In this document: positions 25,215 to 37,700 of the stretch, in pieces
Numbering within the stretch: position 1 is the first letter of the stretch
Layout of the letters: the number at the start of each line of letters is the position of its first letter
Origin: Rhodosorus marinus CCMP1338
Lineage: Eukaryota; Plantae; Rhodophyta
Assembly: GCA_029953675.1 (NCBI GenBank)
Contig: JAMWBK010000002.1
Span: forward strand, 1,798,001 to 1,862,000
Direction: 5' to 3'
Length of the DNA: 64,000 nt
Program-made: the position numbers and the translations under genes
Notes under the pieces: generated by a model
Database searches by the model: none
Seen by the model: only the letters and a program-made list of their open reading frames with translations
Told to the model about the DNA's origin: nothing

Positions 25215-26509
25215 CTACTTACGAAAGTGCTCCCCTGCTTCTCTGTGGTTCACGACTAGCGCTTTCTTCTCCTCCCCAAAATATGCATAAACGTTGAAGT
25301 AGTTGTGATCTTCGCAGAATCGAATGTACCACTGCGTCCACATGGAGTCCTTCGCTCCTCCTTGCCACCATTTTGTTGTGACTATTCAACCAGAAGAGCG
25401 TCAGAGGAAACGATTCTCTCAGTTTCAATTGAGGACGCGGGAAACTTTAAAGCAAGAGGGACCCTTTCGTCTGCCGAAAGGTACCTAAGTTCTCAACAAC
25501 TGGCTCGTAGGAATCATCTCCTTGATGTTCTCTGTAGTATTCTTGAAACTTGATCCACGGCCGTCTAATGGGAGAAAAGCCCCAAGATCCAACGAGACGA
25601 TAAAGGTATATCTGTCAGGTGAGATGTAAACGTTGCGCATGGCTTTCAGAGAGAGGACTTTTTTGAAGCACGCGTCACTGAAATTTGGTTGCATTGGCAA
25701 ACCTGTTCATGCTCGCTATGGGAAACACCTCGACTCAAAGATTCGTTCTTTCTAGGCTGGAGAGTTGCTCGTTGGATGGTGGCCTGTTAGCAAGCGCCCC
25801 GTCTATTAGTTTTCAGTGAGCTTGCATTATGTCTGTTTTGTCGAACTTACTGCGGCGACATCTGGCCAGTTGCCGTAATAATGATGAGCTAGTTTAAACC
25901 ACGTGAAAAAGTCCTTGGAGACTTCTAAATCATCTTCCAAAATGACGGCTACCTCATCGTACCTGGCGTTCTTCGCATCCCATGCGTTTATCCACGACCT
26001 ACAGATCCGTCGTATCACTTTTCAGAAACTCTCATTGCTTAGACCGGCCTTCAAAGAATAGAGGAGTATCCGTACCCTTCAAGGCCAACATTTGTCTCCT
26101 CGACAACGAGGGTTTTCCTTCCGTAAGGCCAGAAAGCGTCCTCCGCGACAGCTAGAACTTCCGGATCAATCGAATCTGGTTCTTCCCCTCCTCCCTTAAT
26201 CGCGTCAATGTGAATATCCAGCTCAACTCTGCTCTTTCCGTACCTCGCTTCCTGCAGAGAATTCAACAGCCTCCGCAAAGATTCACTTCTCTTCTGAGTT
26301 AAAACAATAATCCTCCCGGGTTGGGCCAATCCATCGTCGCTACTCCTTCCTCCTCCAACCAAAAGCAGCAACAAGAACAGAAAGGAAAGTGTCAGCCATG
26401 CTAAACTACTTCTGGATCTCATCCAGCTCCATGCTCTCCCCCACAGCTTCGACCAGGCCCGCCCATCTCGTGATCCGGTCTTCCACGACCGTTTCCTCGA
26501 AAACATCAT
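25215..26509 (-). CDS. Type II membrane GT-A-fold glycosyltransferase, several introns
   Basis: N-terminal TM, then IIVLTQKRSESLRRLLNSLQEARY…LDIHID, AVILEDDLEVS (DxD), LVGSWGFSP and SMWTQWYIRF…NHREAGEHF. Confidence 0.82.
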
Positions 26510-27560
26510 ATCCTCTGCCACAGATTTTTGACCGCGTTCACTACAGCACAAGCTGCCTCGTTCGTTTCAAAGAAATCATCCTGCGCAGGGCATCTGAATA
26601 GGTACGTCCATTCTCCCTTAACGCCGACCCATACGGTCGCGGAACACCATCTAGCAACCCATGCCTCTGCCAAGTTGAGAGCGTTTGCCAAACAGAAGTC
26701 GATATCATTCACGTTACAGGGAGTTAACAGTTAGAGACAGAGTAGGAGTATCTCATGCAACCGCGATAGCTTCTAATGATTGCACTACCGCACTCGAAGC
26801 TGCTGTTCGTAAAACGACGGAGCCGATGCTTGGACCCAAATGTTATATATCAGTGACTGATGCTTTGATTGATGTCCATTTCGAGTTTTTGCTGTTTGTG
26901 CCTTTCAAAGGTTTCAGTTCTTCTTTTTTAGTATGTCAAGCGAGTTATTAGTAGTTAGATTGTAGCCCGATGCGGTGGGCTGCTCGGAGGGTTCCTTGTC
27001 CTTGCAAGCAGGAGCGAAACTAATGATCGCCATGGTCTGCCTGATGTGCGTTCAAGTCGTCGACTTTTCTAGGTTGTTTGCGTCGTCAGATGCGGGGCCC
27101 GTGAATCGGACTAAGGAACCCTGAAGTCATGTTCTGGATTTCGTGAAAGCGAGTATAACTCAGTCGGACAGCACTTTCTCCAGTTTTCGGCTGTCAGCAG
27201 TGATCAGTACGGCTGCATCGTCAACGTTGCTGGCTCTTGTCTTCAAAGCTTTGCTATCCATCTTCAGCGGAGACGCTGAAATCCGTTCAAGATTCATTTC
27301 GTGACTATCAGAGGGAAAACCCAGACAACAAGTCCCTTCGAACAATTGGAACTGGCTGTGAGCGGAGCTGTGAGCGGAGCTGTGAAGCTCTAGGCAGCCT
27401 CAACACGAAGAGCAAATCGCTTGGCTTTCATCAGCGCGTTAAGAAACATGCGTTTTGTGAGGAACCGATGAGAGCTCCTCAATTTTAAGAGTTAGGAGCT
27501 TCTGGGAAAGTTGCTTGCCACAGGGAGTTTCGGGATACCTTTTGCCAGCATCAAAATGGC

Positions 27561-28296
27561 TTAGCGCCGAACCCACCAGATTATGAGGATGATCAGTATC
27601 AAAAGCCCGACAAACCCGAACACTAGGTAGGTGTCTAAGAGCTCCCTCTTCTCGATAGATCGGATGAGGTCCTTGGATACTCCAAGCTGATTTGCCATAT
27701 CCAGAACCTTCTTTTTGGCACCCTTCAACTTTTGTCGTTGGGAGTGCAACATTTCCACAATGTTGCTCCCTGTTTCGACGATTTGATCCGACATCGTGGA
27801 CGACCTGTTCAGGGACTTTGCTTCTGCTTCATACCCATCGATTTGAATGGCGGTATCGCCACCGTTCGTTTGACTGCGTCTGCCAAGCAGCTCGTCCCTT
27901 ATTCTCTTTTCAGATTGCGCCGCTCTTGCCTTGGAGAGGCATCGTTCCTGCCGTTGGTACAGATCTACTATATTCTGCTCGAGTTGTAGAAGCTTTCTAC
28001 TCCATTGGGAACCAACAGGGCAAAAAAAAACCTTCAGATATATGGAGACGCTCACCGTTAACCAATTCTGAGCTGGAAGATGGGTGAAACACATACTGCC
28101 TCCAAATCTCTCTCTTGTGGGAGGGTTCCGAGTTAAAACTCTGCCCAAGTTGCACCTGAGTTACCCGCAAAGCCTCCAGCGTTCCTCTCAACGCCTCGAA
28201 ATCCGCATTCCCAAAGCTAGGATCTTGCTCCAACCGCTCTAGGAACACTTGAGAATCTCTTACACCACGTTTCGCGTCTCGGTAGAGATCCTCCAT
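27561..28296 (-). CDS. Membrin/GOSR2/Bos1-type Golgi Qb-SNARE, 1 intron
   Basis: Helical N-terminus, SNARE motif (SLNRSSTMSDQIVETGSNIVEMLHSQRQKLKGAKKKVLDMANQLGVS…IRSIEKR) and a C-terminal TM anchor. Confidence 0.88.
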
Positions 28297-28817
28297 TGCG
28301 TTCTAGGGAAATCCTGAACCTGGATCAGTGTATCACGTACCTTATTGATGAACCCAAGCTTCTCAAAAAAAGAGAACTCCAGCGGCCCTAGGCATATCGA
28401 CTTTCCCCGCGTCCCATCATGCACCGCCCCATAAGCCTTGAACCAGTAACACACTAAACTTCTCCGCAGTATACTGATTGAATATCAATCAATTAATGAA
28501 CTGGATCCAATGGGTTAAGAGGACGCGAAAATATTGACTGAGGCCCCCGGACCCTGCTCGTCAATCATTTATGGTCAACAGACTTCAATGTTATCCAGTA
28601 AAATTCATGGAATTCGTGTATTAGATTGATTAATATGATTTTGGACGAAAATATTAAAATTTTGGTAGCCATACTCCATAGTGATTGATCAGTTGAAACC
28701 GGTGAAACTGCGGATTTGGAGATCACAGCCGGTGCATAGAGAGGTAACGAGTGCAGACAAGGCTTATTCGCTCTGTCCATACGAGAGCTCGGAGCTCTAG
28801 TTTCGTCATTTCCTATT

Positions 28818-31052
28818 TTATCCGGTTAACTCTGGGTCCAGATCTTCCTTCGCCTGATTGAGTATATTCCAGATCGAGAGAATATCGTCCTCCGTCATGG
28901 TCATCTCTCGAGCGTCTGATCGATAGTGGACTTTGCATTCCACTTTCTTCCGGATGCAATCCAACGAGTCCACGTATTCTGATATTTCAGGAAATTCCAG
29001 CCCCGAGGTGAGGGTGTACGACTTATATCGCAATCCAGCCGTGGAGCCGTACTTGAAAAGGTCGTGGGCAAAGCGATAGGGGAAGATTTCCACGAGCTGC
29101 GCTCGAGGGGGCAAAAATATCGCGTTCACCAAGTTCGCCCCATGTATTCCAATGGCAATTGCTGCGTTCTCCACAGCTTTCACTTGGGCCTCAAAGGAAA
29201 GACCTTCAAACGTCACCACCCTCATGTCAAACCCCCATTGCTTGGACAATTCTGATAGCATTGACACGAGGCGTCCTTCTGACTCTGAATCAAACGAGCG
29301 ACCAGATCCCCTCTTTAAATATACGAGTTTTCGTTTCAATCGAAGGGGTTCGCTTGTGTCCGAATATCCAATCATGGCGAACACACTTCGACGAAACCCC
29401 AGCGCATCTCCCGGTAACCTCTCGGGGTCCTGGAGACACACACGACGGGAAGTGAAAAGCCAAGTTATGTTTCTGCGCCATGTTAGAACCTCAGGAATTG
29501 CTCTCACCTCATCCTCCGGGTACTTGGATAATCCCGGGACCTCAATGCTCGGAAGAAAGACGCGGTTTTTTAAGTACCCGAGCAGTATCGCCCCACGGAA
29601 ACAGGTCGTACCCCCGGAGGACATAGATCTATCATTACGAAGGTACTGTACGCGTTCAGTCCCTTCATAGCGGTCCAAACTGTCCAGTACCCGATCGGGC
29701 ACAGACCACGGGTTCACTACTGCCCTCAGCGCTTCCCTGTGCCAGCTTGATCTGGACAGCAGCTGATTCATGATGTGGTCAGACGCTAGGAGCAGTGCGT
29801 TCTGGATGGGTTCCACTCCGAAACCCTTGTTTTGGTAAGAGCAAGAACGGGGATTAGATTTTTCGACAATTCGAATGGCCGGTTCGAACTGAGATTTCGT
29901 AAATCAGAAAAGTTGATGTTTCCTCACCTCCGCATGGCGCATGAGAGTCCATAAAAAGAGAATTCTCGGAGAATACTGGGCGATATTCGAGTCAGACTTT
30001 GGAAAGGCTAGCAGTGCTGTCATATTTTCTACCCAGCGGATACCTCCAGATTCCTCCTGTGATACGTCCAAGCAGAAGATGTCGTTTGGTTTTTTTCACA
30101 CGTTCACGTACGAGGAGCCCGTACTGCGGCTTTCTCAAGCAGTGGAAGGGGTGGCCGAGACGACCTACCTGTTCTTTAAGCCACGAACGAGGCTGGGGCA
30201 CTGGATCCCCTGTTAGGCCACTTTCGCCAAACGTTTTCTTCTCGATTTCCAGACAATCGTTTTCTCCCATGGCAGTTTTTTCTCCTCTAAGCTGGAATGA
30301 ATCGCAGGAAATATCGCCTTCAATATAAACTATCTGTCCACGGTTGATACAGAGGGGCGAGTATTTACAGAACCGCTCATAGCGACCGGTTTTCATGCAG
30401 TATCGAGTCGCGTTGAAAGCGTCTTGCGCGAAGAAGGTAGTCCAGTCTAGTGATGTTTGCGAAACGCACCGAGACGAAGTTCGCGTTCAAGGTCGGACAA
30501 AAGTTATCTTTTCAGTAAGCGAGAATTAAGAGGAGATCATCCCCATGCTCGCTCCATGAGAAGATCGAACGAATCACCCTCTCTCGCACGCAGCGTTGAG
30601 ACAAAAGCCTACCTTTCTGGGCCATCGAATCCTGGTCATCTCCATTGCTAGTTGAAATGATCTCATCCACACCGTCTAAACCATCTTGTATGACATCATC
30701 AATGCTTGTTCCTGTTGTTGTCCTAAATCTATTGCCAATATCCTGCCGGAACACTCTCAGGACAGCCATTGTCATAGAGCACCGTAAGCATTGGGCTTCG
30801 CAGCTTCTGGCAAGCAGATCCTCATTTTGAGGAGAAAAACATCGACGTAGGCAGTTTACTTACAAAACTTACGGAGACGTATAGCACGTGCGCAAGAAAT
30901 CCTAGCATGATAAACGCTATCGCCGTTGTCAGCATGAGATCTCTCCGGGGACGACTACTGCGCCTCAAACTTAGAGGTATTGAAATCGCTCGGGTCACGA
31001 CCTCCCGTTCAGGCGTCTCCATATTGCCCCCTCGTTCAGGGAAGCGACTCAT
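28818..31052 (-). CDS. Glycosyltransferase family 61 (DUF563) type II membrane protein, several introns
   Basis: LSFEAQVKAVENAAIAIGIHGANLVNAIFLPPRAQLVEIFPY is the GT61 signature. N-terminal TM at 30822-31109. The 5' exons are only approximately placed. Confidence 0.82.
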
Positions 31053-32006
31053 TCGCAGATCCGGAGGGACCCGCCTCGCTAGAATCACCCAAAATCTGTG
31101 CGTATTCACATAGATTCAACATTCAGCTCCTGCACTTGCTAGTCTTCAGAGCCTCTATCTCACTTGAACAAGGGAATAGATTACTAACAAGCTCACGCAT
31201 TCCTAGGCCCTAACCTTCCAAGCGCTTCCGTTCAATTCGCTGCTAGCCGATGCGGACAGTGCACGATCCATCCACGTCTAGCTATTAATTCGCCAATGGA
31301 TTGACTGCTATTCTGAAATTTCAATGGTCTCTGCAAGGCAGGCCCTGTTTGGTTGTAGCTCACCACATTTGAGCGGCAAAACGCTTAGCTCTAACTGGTC
31401 CAAGATGGGTCTGGAAGAACCGCCCGAGCAAAACGAAGACCTAGAAAGAGCAGTATGGAACTGAATATGGACCTCGTCTTCGCAAATTCTCGATCTCGAG
31501 GTTTAATGAGAAGGCTGCACGTGACCGCGCCGATTTACTAGAAGACACTGCAGGAGCTTGCTTCATACAGTTCCGAGAGACCTTTTTCGCGAGATTCTCA
31601 AAGATTTTAGCACAGTCCAGTCCACGCTCTCACCTTCTCCACCAGCAACAAGCCCCAAACGCCTAGTTCCCGCAGTCCCACTTTCTGTCCCGTGGGACAG
31701 TACTATAGCTTATGAACCTGGACAGATCTACCCGCACCAAATCCACCACTACTGACAAAAAAACGATTAAGAAATTACTATAATTCTATGTTTTAGTATG
31801 TTTTGAGTTGGGAATGGTTTTTGGTTTTTGTTGGATGGATTGGAAGGGGGTTTTAAGGAGGGAGAGGGAGCGGGTGGCAAGTGCTTGGGTGGTTGGCAAT
31901 GGTGAAGAGGGCGTTTGCAAAAGTTCTATTTTGGATTTTAAATTGATGAACAGAGGTATTGATACAAAAAGAGACTGATGAAAGTGTTCGAAGGTGGTTG
32001 TTCGGG

Positions 32007-33658
32007 ATGAGTAAAACGGGAGAAGTTGGCAATGGAGTGAGGGATGTGGAGGGAGGAGGTGGTGGTGGTTTTCAGATTCTGAAGGTGTTGAAGAATAATG
32101 CAGTGCTGATTTGTTGTGTGGTTCTGCTGGTTGTTTACTCAGTGAATTATGAGGCGTTGCTGCATACGGATGAGATTGCCAATCATGAGGCTATTCTAGC
32201 GGAAATTGGAAGTTCGCATGAACTGGACAGGTTAGAGACGGGTGGAGTTTCGCTGCAGGACCCAGATGCCGGTGGTGCTAGTTCAGAGGACAAAGTTACC
32301 TTAACTTATGGAACTCCGGGTACTCCAAAATATCCACTCGATGACAGAAAGAAGAACACCGAGCTTGTCCCGGATGCTTTGAAAGGAACAATCGACTTTC
32401 GAGAAGACAATGACGGCATCCCGCCACCGGCGCCGCCGCCGGCTCCTTCCAACGATGTTCAGGACGGGGAGATTCCCTCGGATGATACCCCTGAACAAGC
32501 CAAGGCACCCGTGAACTACGATCACGGCACGCCGTCCCACGAAGTTGTTCGAAAGCCTGCTCCGGCAGACTTTGACATGGGCTCCATTCTCGCCTCGCCT
32601 CTCGCTTCGAGGCTGATAGTTAGTGAGAGTTTGAAGGCGATGTATTGCCCTCTTCCAAAGGTTGCGTGCTCGAACTGGAAGTCCTTGTTCAGAAAACTTG
32701 AAGGTTTCCAAAACTATAAGAACCTTGCGCTGGCTCACGACAAGGCGAACAGCGGTTTGAAGTACTTGAAGGACTACACGGAGGAAGAGGTAAACAAAGA
32801 AAATCTCAGACCCGTGATCTCAGTTCTATGTGGCACTAGCCTTTAGCTTTCTGGCTAACATTTCGTATCGACTTTGCAGGCTTTGAAAATGGTACAGGAT
32901 CCTGAGTGGTTGAAATTTGTTGTTGTTCGTGATCCAGCAACCCGTCTGCTCTCAGCTTATCTGGATAAGTTCTACCGACGTGAGCTCGATTCACCGGAAT
33001 TTATCAAGTTTTTCGACCAGCTCCTCGGTTTCCAGTACAGAAAGAACGCAGTGGAGCTCTTCATGCCATCGTTTGAAGAATTCATTATGTACATTGGCAG
33101 GCAAAGTGACTTCTCCATGAATGAGCACTGGGCACCACAAGTATATCTCTGCCAGATGGACAAGTTTCCCTATGATTTCGTAGGAAGGTGAGAAATGAAA
33201 TTAGAAATGTAAAGACTTGCAGCAACGCGTGATCTACCTCGAGCTAACGCAGGTCCCATTTTCTGGAACGTGGTAGGTTTGAAAATTATGACTCGGATGC
33301 GTTTGCGGTTTTGGATGCTCTTGGTCATCCCGAAGAGGAATTCCCGAGCCAGTCGAAACTAGGATTCCAATCAATGGGAACGAGCGAGAAAATGGATGAA
33401 CATTTTACCAACGAGATCAGGACTCAAGTCGAGGATAAGTTTGAGCGCGACTACAGGGTATTGAATTATCCGACAATTACCCGTGACACAACCCCGCTAC
33501 CTCCAGATGAAGAAGAGAAGGAGGCCCTTCCTGCCTTTTCATCCTCGGTTGAAGACGAGCAGGGCGTATCCCCCAACGATGCTGAGGAGATCCATGATCT
33601 TGCAGATCCTGCAGAGCCCAAACTGGATGATTCAAACACTAACGGAGAAACTAACTAG
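32007..33658 (+). CDS. Golgi carbohydrate sulfotransferase (Sulfotransfer_2 / CHST8-14-like), 2 introns
   Basis: N-terminal TM and a Pro-rich stem. 5'-PSB YCPLPKVACSNWK, 3'-PB FVVVRDPATRLLSAYLDKF, and NEHWAPQ…YDFVGRFE. Confidence 0.92.
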
Positions 33659-35051
33659 TGTGGGGCGATGTTGGCAATGCCGAGAGAAGGCTCCACAATG
33701 GCAAGCGGCTGGCTTGCCTGGGAGATGAACACGAAAGGTTTGGTTGAGTGCGAAGCTAGCGAGAAGCTAGCTTCGCTAAGGTACCGTCCGCACGGTGTCG
33801 ATTACGCGACCGAATGCACGGGAGCTCTAGAAATTGTCGGAAAGCTGCGCACGGTCCAGAGTGGGGGTAACTGAGCAACAATAGAAACTCATTACCCGAG
33901 TTGCCGAGGAGTTGTATGACCTGCCAATGGGAGTGTTGGCTGGGCGGCTCCCGCCAAGCGAAATGCAACGCCACATACGTTAGGCAATCGACTCGTGTAT
34001 AGAATGCTTATCCATCGTTCATCTCCTGCCTATCAAATTTTACTTACAATCAACGAAACGCAGACGACACACAAAACCTTGGCGTTACCACAAGTGACCA
34101 ATACCACGTGCGCAAGAGACTCAAACCTCTCACGTCCTCTTCGCGCTAGATCGTACACCGATACACGTCATCGGAGGTATGGATAAGGCTTGGCGGGTGA
34201 GCTAAAGCCATCCCACTGCCAAAGTCCGTGTTGAGAATGAGCCTCTAGCACTGATCTGAACCGTACGTCTTAGTACGAAAACTCCGAACTCCGCAGTGTT
34301 CTTGTCGGCTCGGGAGGAGGACACTGTTTCTTGTTGCTGATGAACAGCCTCATATAAAGTAGTAGTTTTAGATAATAGCTTTCATATTCCTCTTTCTATT
34401 TAGAATGTGAGCCTGAAACATCTTGTCTCTAAATGATAAAGCCCGAAGTCCGAGTTATCTCGTTCGTTGCAGGGATCAGCAATCTAGAGGCCGATCTCTG
34501 GCAAGCCAATGGAGAACAGCTGGTTTGTCAACCGGCTGCCAGTAGTCGTTCAGCTGTTCTACTCAATCCAGATATCAGTACATTGTTTTGGGTTTCAAGC
34601 GAGGTGCCATTGACCTTGGTTTGCAATGGAAGAATATATCACCCTCCTTTTAACGGGATGATGCGTCCACCAGAGCTCTCTCCGTTGGAAAGCGGTTGAT
34701 GGGATGGAGCATTATGTCCTACTATCATGTGTCGCTCTTATAGGGATATCTTACTGTGGGGGAGTTGTATGGACATCTTATTTTGAGATTGTTGAAGTTC
34801 AAGTCTGTTTTTGCTGAGATATGATCCGTTTTAATTCATCTGACCTGCTTTCACTGTTATGGTGTGTACACTGTTCTGTGTTGTTGTCGATGTGTACCAA
34901 ATTATTGGCAATCTTCATCTTTACAGCAGTAGCCTGAGTGGAGAACGGAGGTGATTCTTGATAATTGCGAGAGGGTCTCTTTGCAAAGTCTACGTGAAAA
35001 CTACGGCTAGACCGTTTATCGATTGTTTTTGCAAGTAGCTGAGTTGAGAGG

Positions 35052-37101
35052 ATGGGGAAACTCTTAAGAGGTCGGTGTAGACGGACGATTCTGAACTAGA
35101 CTAGTTTAACGGATCCGCTCCGAACCTTTAAAAATCTTCGTTCTGACGCTTTCCTTCAACCCGCTCGCGTTTCAAGTTGGAAGAATCGGTCTCACCGGAG
35201 GTGCTCTGCTTGCTGCCGGGTCGATTGGGTATTTCATCGGAGTTGAGTCGACGAACCGGGAGAAAAGGGAACCCTTCTTTCGGAGGTACAGCATTCAGCG
35301 CTTCAGGAAGTGTAGAAAAAGCCCGTTCGAGAACTTTTTATTAACCAATTTATTGACATCCTTTTCCTAGCTTGAGACCGTGGTCACCATCTGATCCGTT
35401 GCGCCTCCAGCTGACCTGGGAGCTTCATTCCGAAAGGTACCCTCCTGCGGAGGAGCCCTCGCCCTTGCTGGACAATGGTAGTTTACCGATTCCGAAAGAA
35501 GACAAGCCAATCTCACGATACACACTCGCGGATGCTGCAGGGAAGGTGCGTGCAGCCGGGCGGTTTTCTTCTGCTTTCTGTCACACTAAATATGTTATCA
35601 GATCTGTGCTGAACGACTTGTCTGTTCGTTCTGGGATAGGTATCGCCAGCAGTAGTGAACATCACTGTGGTTACCGAGGAGCCGCGGCTCTGGGGAAGTG
35701 GATTCTTATCGCAATCATCTGGGACTGGCTTTATCATCGATGAGCAAGGATATCTCCTCACGAATGCTCACGTTGTACAAAACGCACGTTCCGGTCAGAA
35801 TATACAGATTACTCTACAGGACGGTCGAAACTTTACGGGCAGTGTAACAAACTTTGACTCACTGTCTGATCTCGCAGTAGTGAAGGTATCGCATCCATCT
35901 CTTTAGTGAGAGCTGCGAGTGTTCTTAGTGGGAAGTTGGGTTCCGGCTCAACGAAAAGCGTTCCTCTTTCGTTTTCCGATTCATAGGTAGATGCTAATGA
36001 ACCTCTCCCTGTAGCCAAGCTGGGTACATCGACGGACCTTAGGGCTGGTGAGTTTGTCGCAGCCGTGGGAAGTCCGCTGACTCTGAGGAATTCGGTTACT
36101 GCTGGTATTATCAGTAATTCTGGCGTAGGTTCTCTCAGAAGTCACGCTCCTAGATCTCAAACCTTGCCAGAAAATGGTGCGATGAACTATTGCTGACATA
36201 GTTCGTATTGACCTTTGGTGCTTCCAGCGCGAGTCGTACGAGATTGGGATGGGAGGATTCAGTGCCACTCCGGCATTCATTCAGACTGACGCGGCGATCA
36301 ATATTGGCAACTCTGGTGGACCTCTTGTAAACCTTGACGGAGAGGTTATTGGCATAAACACCATGAAAGTGGAATCTGTCGATGGAATAAGCTTTGCGAT
36401 CCCAATCGACTATGCTAAGGATATCCTGACCCAGCTCACTTCTCATGGTGAAGTTAGACGACCGTACCTGGGCGTTAAGCTGCTAACGGTCACCCCGACG
36501 CTGATGAAAATGCTGAAACGCAGAGGCAGAAAATTCCCCTCCAGTTTTGAATCTATGCAGGGCGGGTCAGGTAGGCTTACCAAGCATCACATTCCTGGGC
36601 TCACGGCATGCTGTGGCGTTGAGCACTGTGCTCCAGTGCTCCCATGGCTTGAAACCTCCAGCAGAGCTCAAGGCATTTCTACAAGGCCCTCCTTTCTTCC
36701 CTAAGCGATTCAGCCTCTGATTGATGAGCTCCTTCCGTTTTGCAGAGGGTGGCATTGGCGTGATGGTGCATGAAGTGCTGCCGCAGTCCCCTGCCGACAA
36801 AGGTGGACTGCGACCAGGAGATATTATCGTCGAAATTAACAACGAAAAAGTACAATCGACACGACAACTCATTGTAAGCTTCACTTTTTAAGAGAGTTCT
36901 CTCCCTTCTGGCTTTATGTTCATCACAACATTCACCTAGCGCATGATCTTGCTGATACCCATCCGATTGTTCGCGATCTTGACACTGAATCTAGGATACG
37001 ATGACGGAAACAATCGGACAGTCAGTCTCAATGAAGGTTCTTCGTGGCAAAGATGGCGCGCCCGTTGTAGTGCAAGTAACTCCGACCACCTTGAAGGGTA
37101 G
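35052..37101 (+). CDS. HtrA/Deg serine protease with PDZ domain (HtrA2/Deg14-like), about 6-7 introns
   Basis: Catalytic triad in [14 protein letters not shown] and GNSGGPL. RPYLG and PDZ ([18 protein letters not shown]). N-terminal TM ([18 protein letters not shown]). Confidence 0.92.
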
Positions 37102-37279
37102 ACATTAAGCTGGCTTCACGCTTGGAGACATCCACTGCTAAGCATAATCTTACCTTGATTGCGCCCATAACATGCTATGCACAGTTTCTGTTTCGGGATA
37201 AATTCCGTTTTGCACTCGAGATACAACCCTAAAACTGTGCTATTGAATCCCATTCGTAAGTAGAATCGATGGCCGATCC

Positions 37280-37700
37280 TCACTTTCCTGTTCCCCCGCA
37301 AACCCCACAAGGAAGGTTTCCAAGTCCTTCGCAGCGTTCACAACGTCGCGCATACTTTTGAGTTTTCACAACGGCTGCTCCATTGCAAACTGGACACTTG
37401 ACCTCGCCCTTCCCCTTGCAGGACAAGCATGTCCTCAGTTTCTAAGGACACCAAGAAAAAAGGAGCAAAGCCAACGCCAACTGGTTAGCCCCAGCCCAAC
37501 GACGAAGAAAACTGACGTTAACCTCCTACCGTAGCCCCTATGAAAGCTCCATTCTGCGCCAGAGCAGTTCCCAATGCAATCGACGTAGCAATGAACGCTA
37601 ACCCCGCCAGCTTCTCTGCCACAGTACAAACAGAAACATCACGCTTCTGCGCTGATCTAAAACCACCACTGGGTCCGACAACAAATCCAGATCGATCCAT
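37280..37700 (-). CDS. DnaJ-like zinc-finger (DNAJE-type) protein, probably plastid/thylakoid-targeted, 1 intron
   Basis: Four CxxCxGxG-like repeats (CLSCKGKG, CPVCNGAA, CERCEGLG, CGVCGGTG) follow a transit peptide and a hydrophobic stretch ending ALA. Intron at 37442-37529. Confidence 0.82.
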
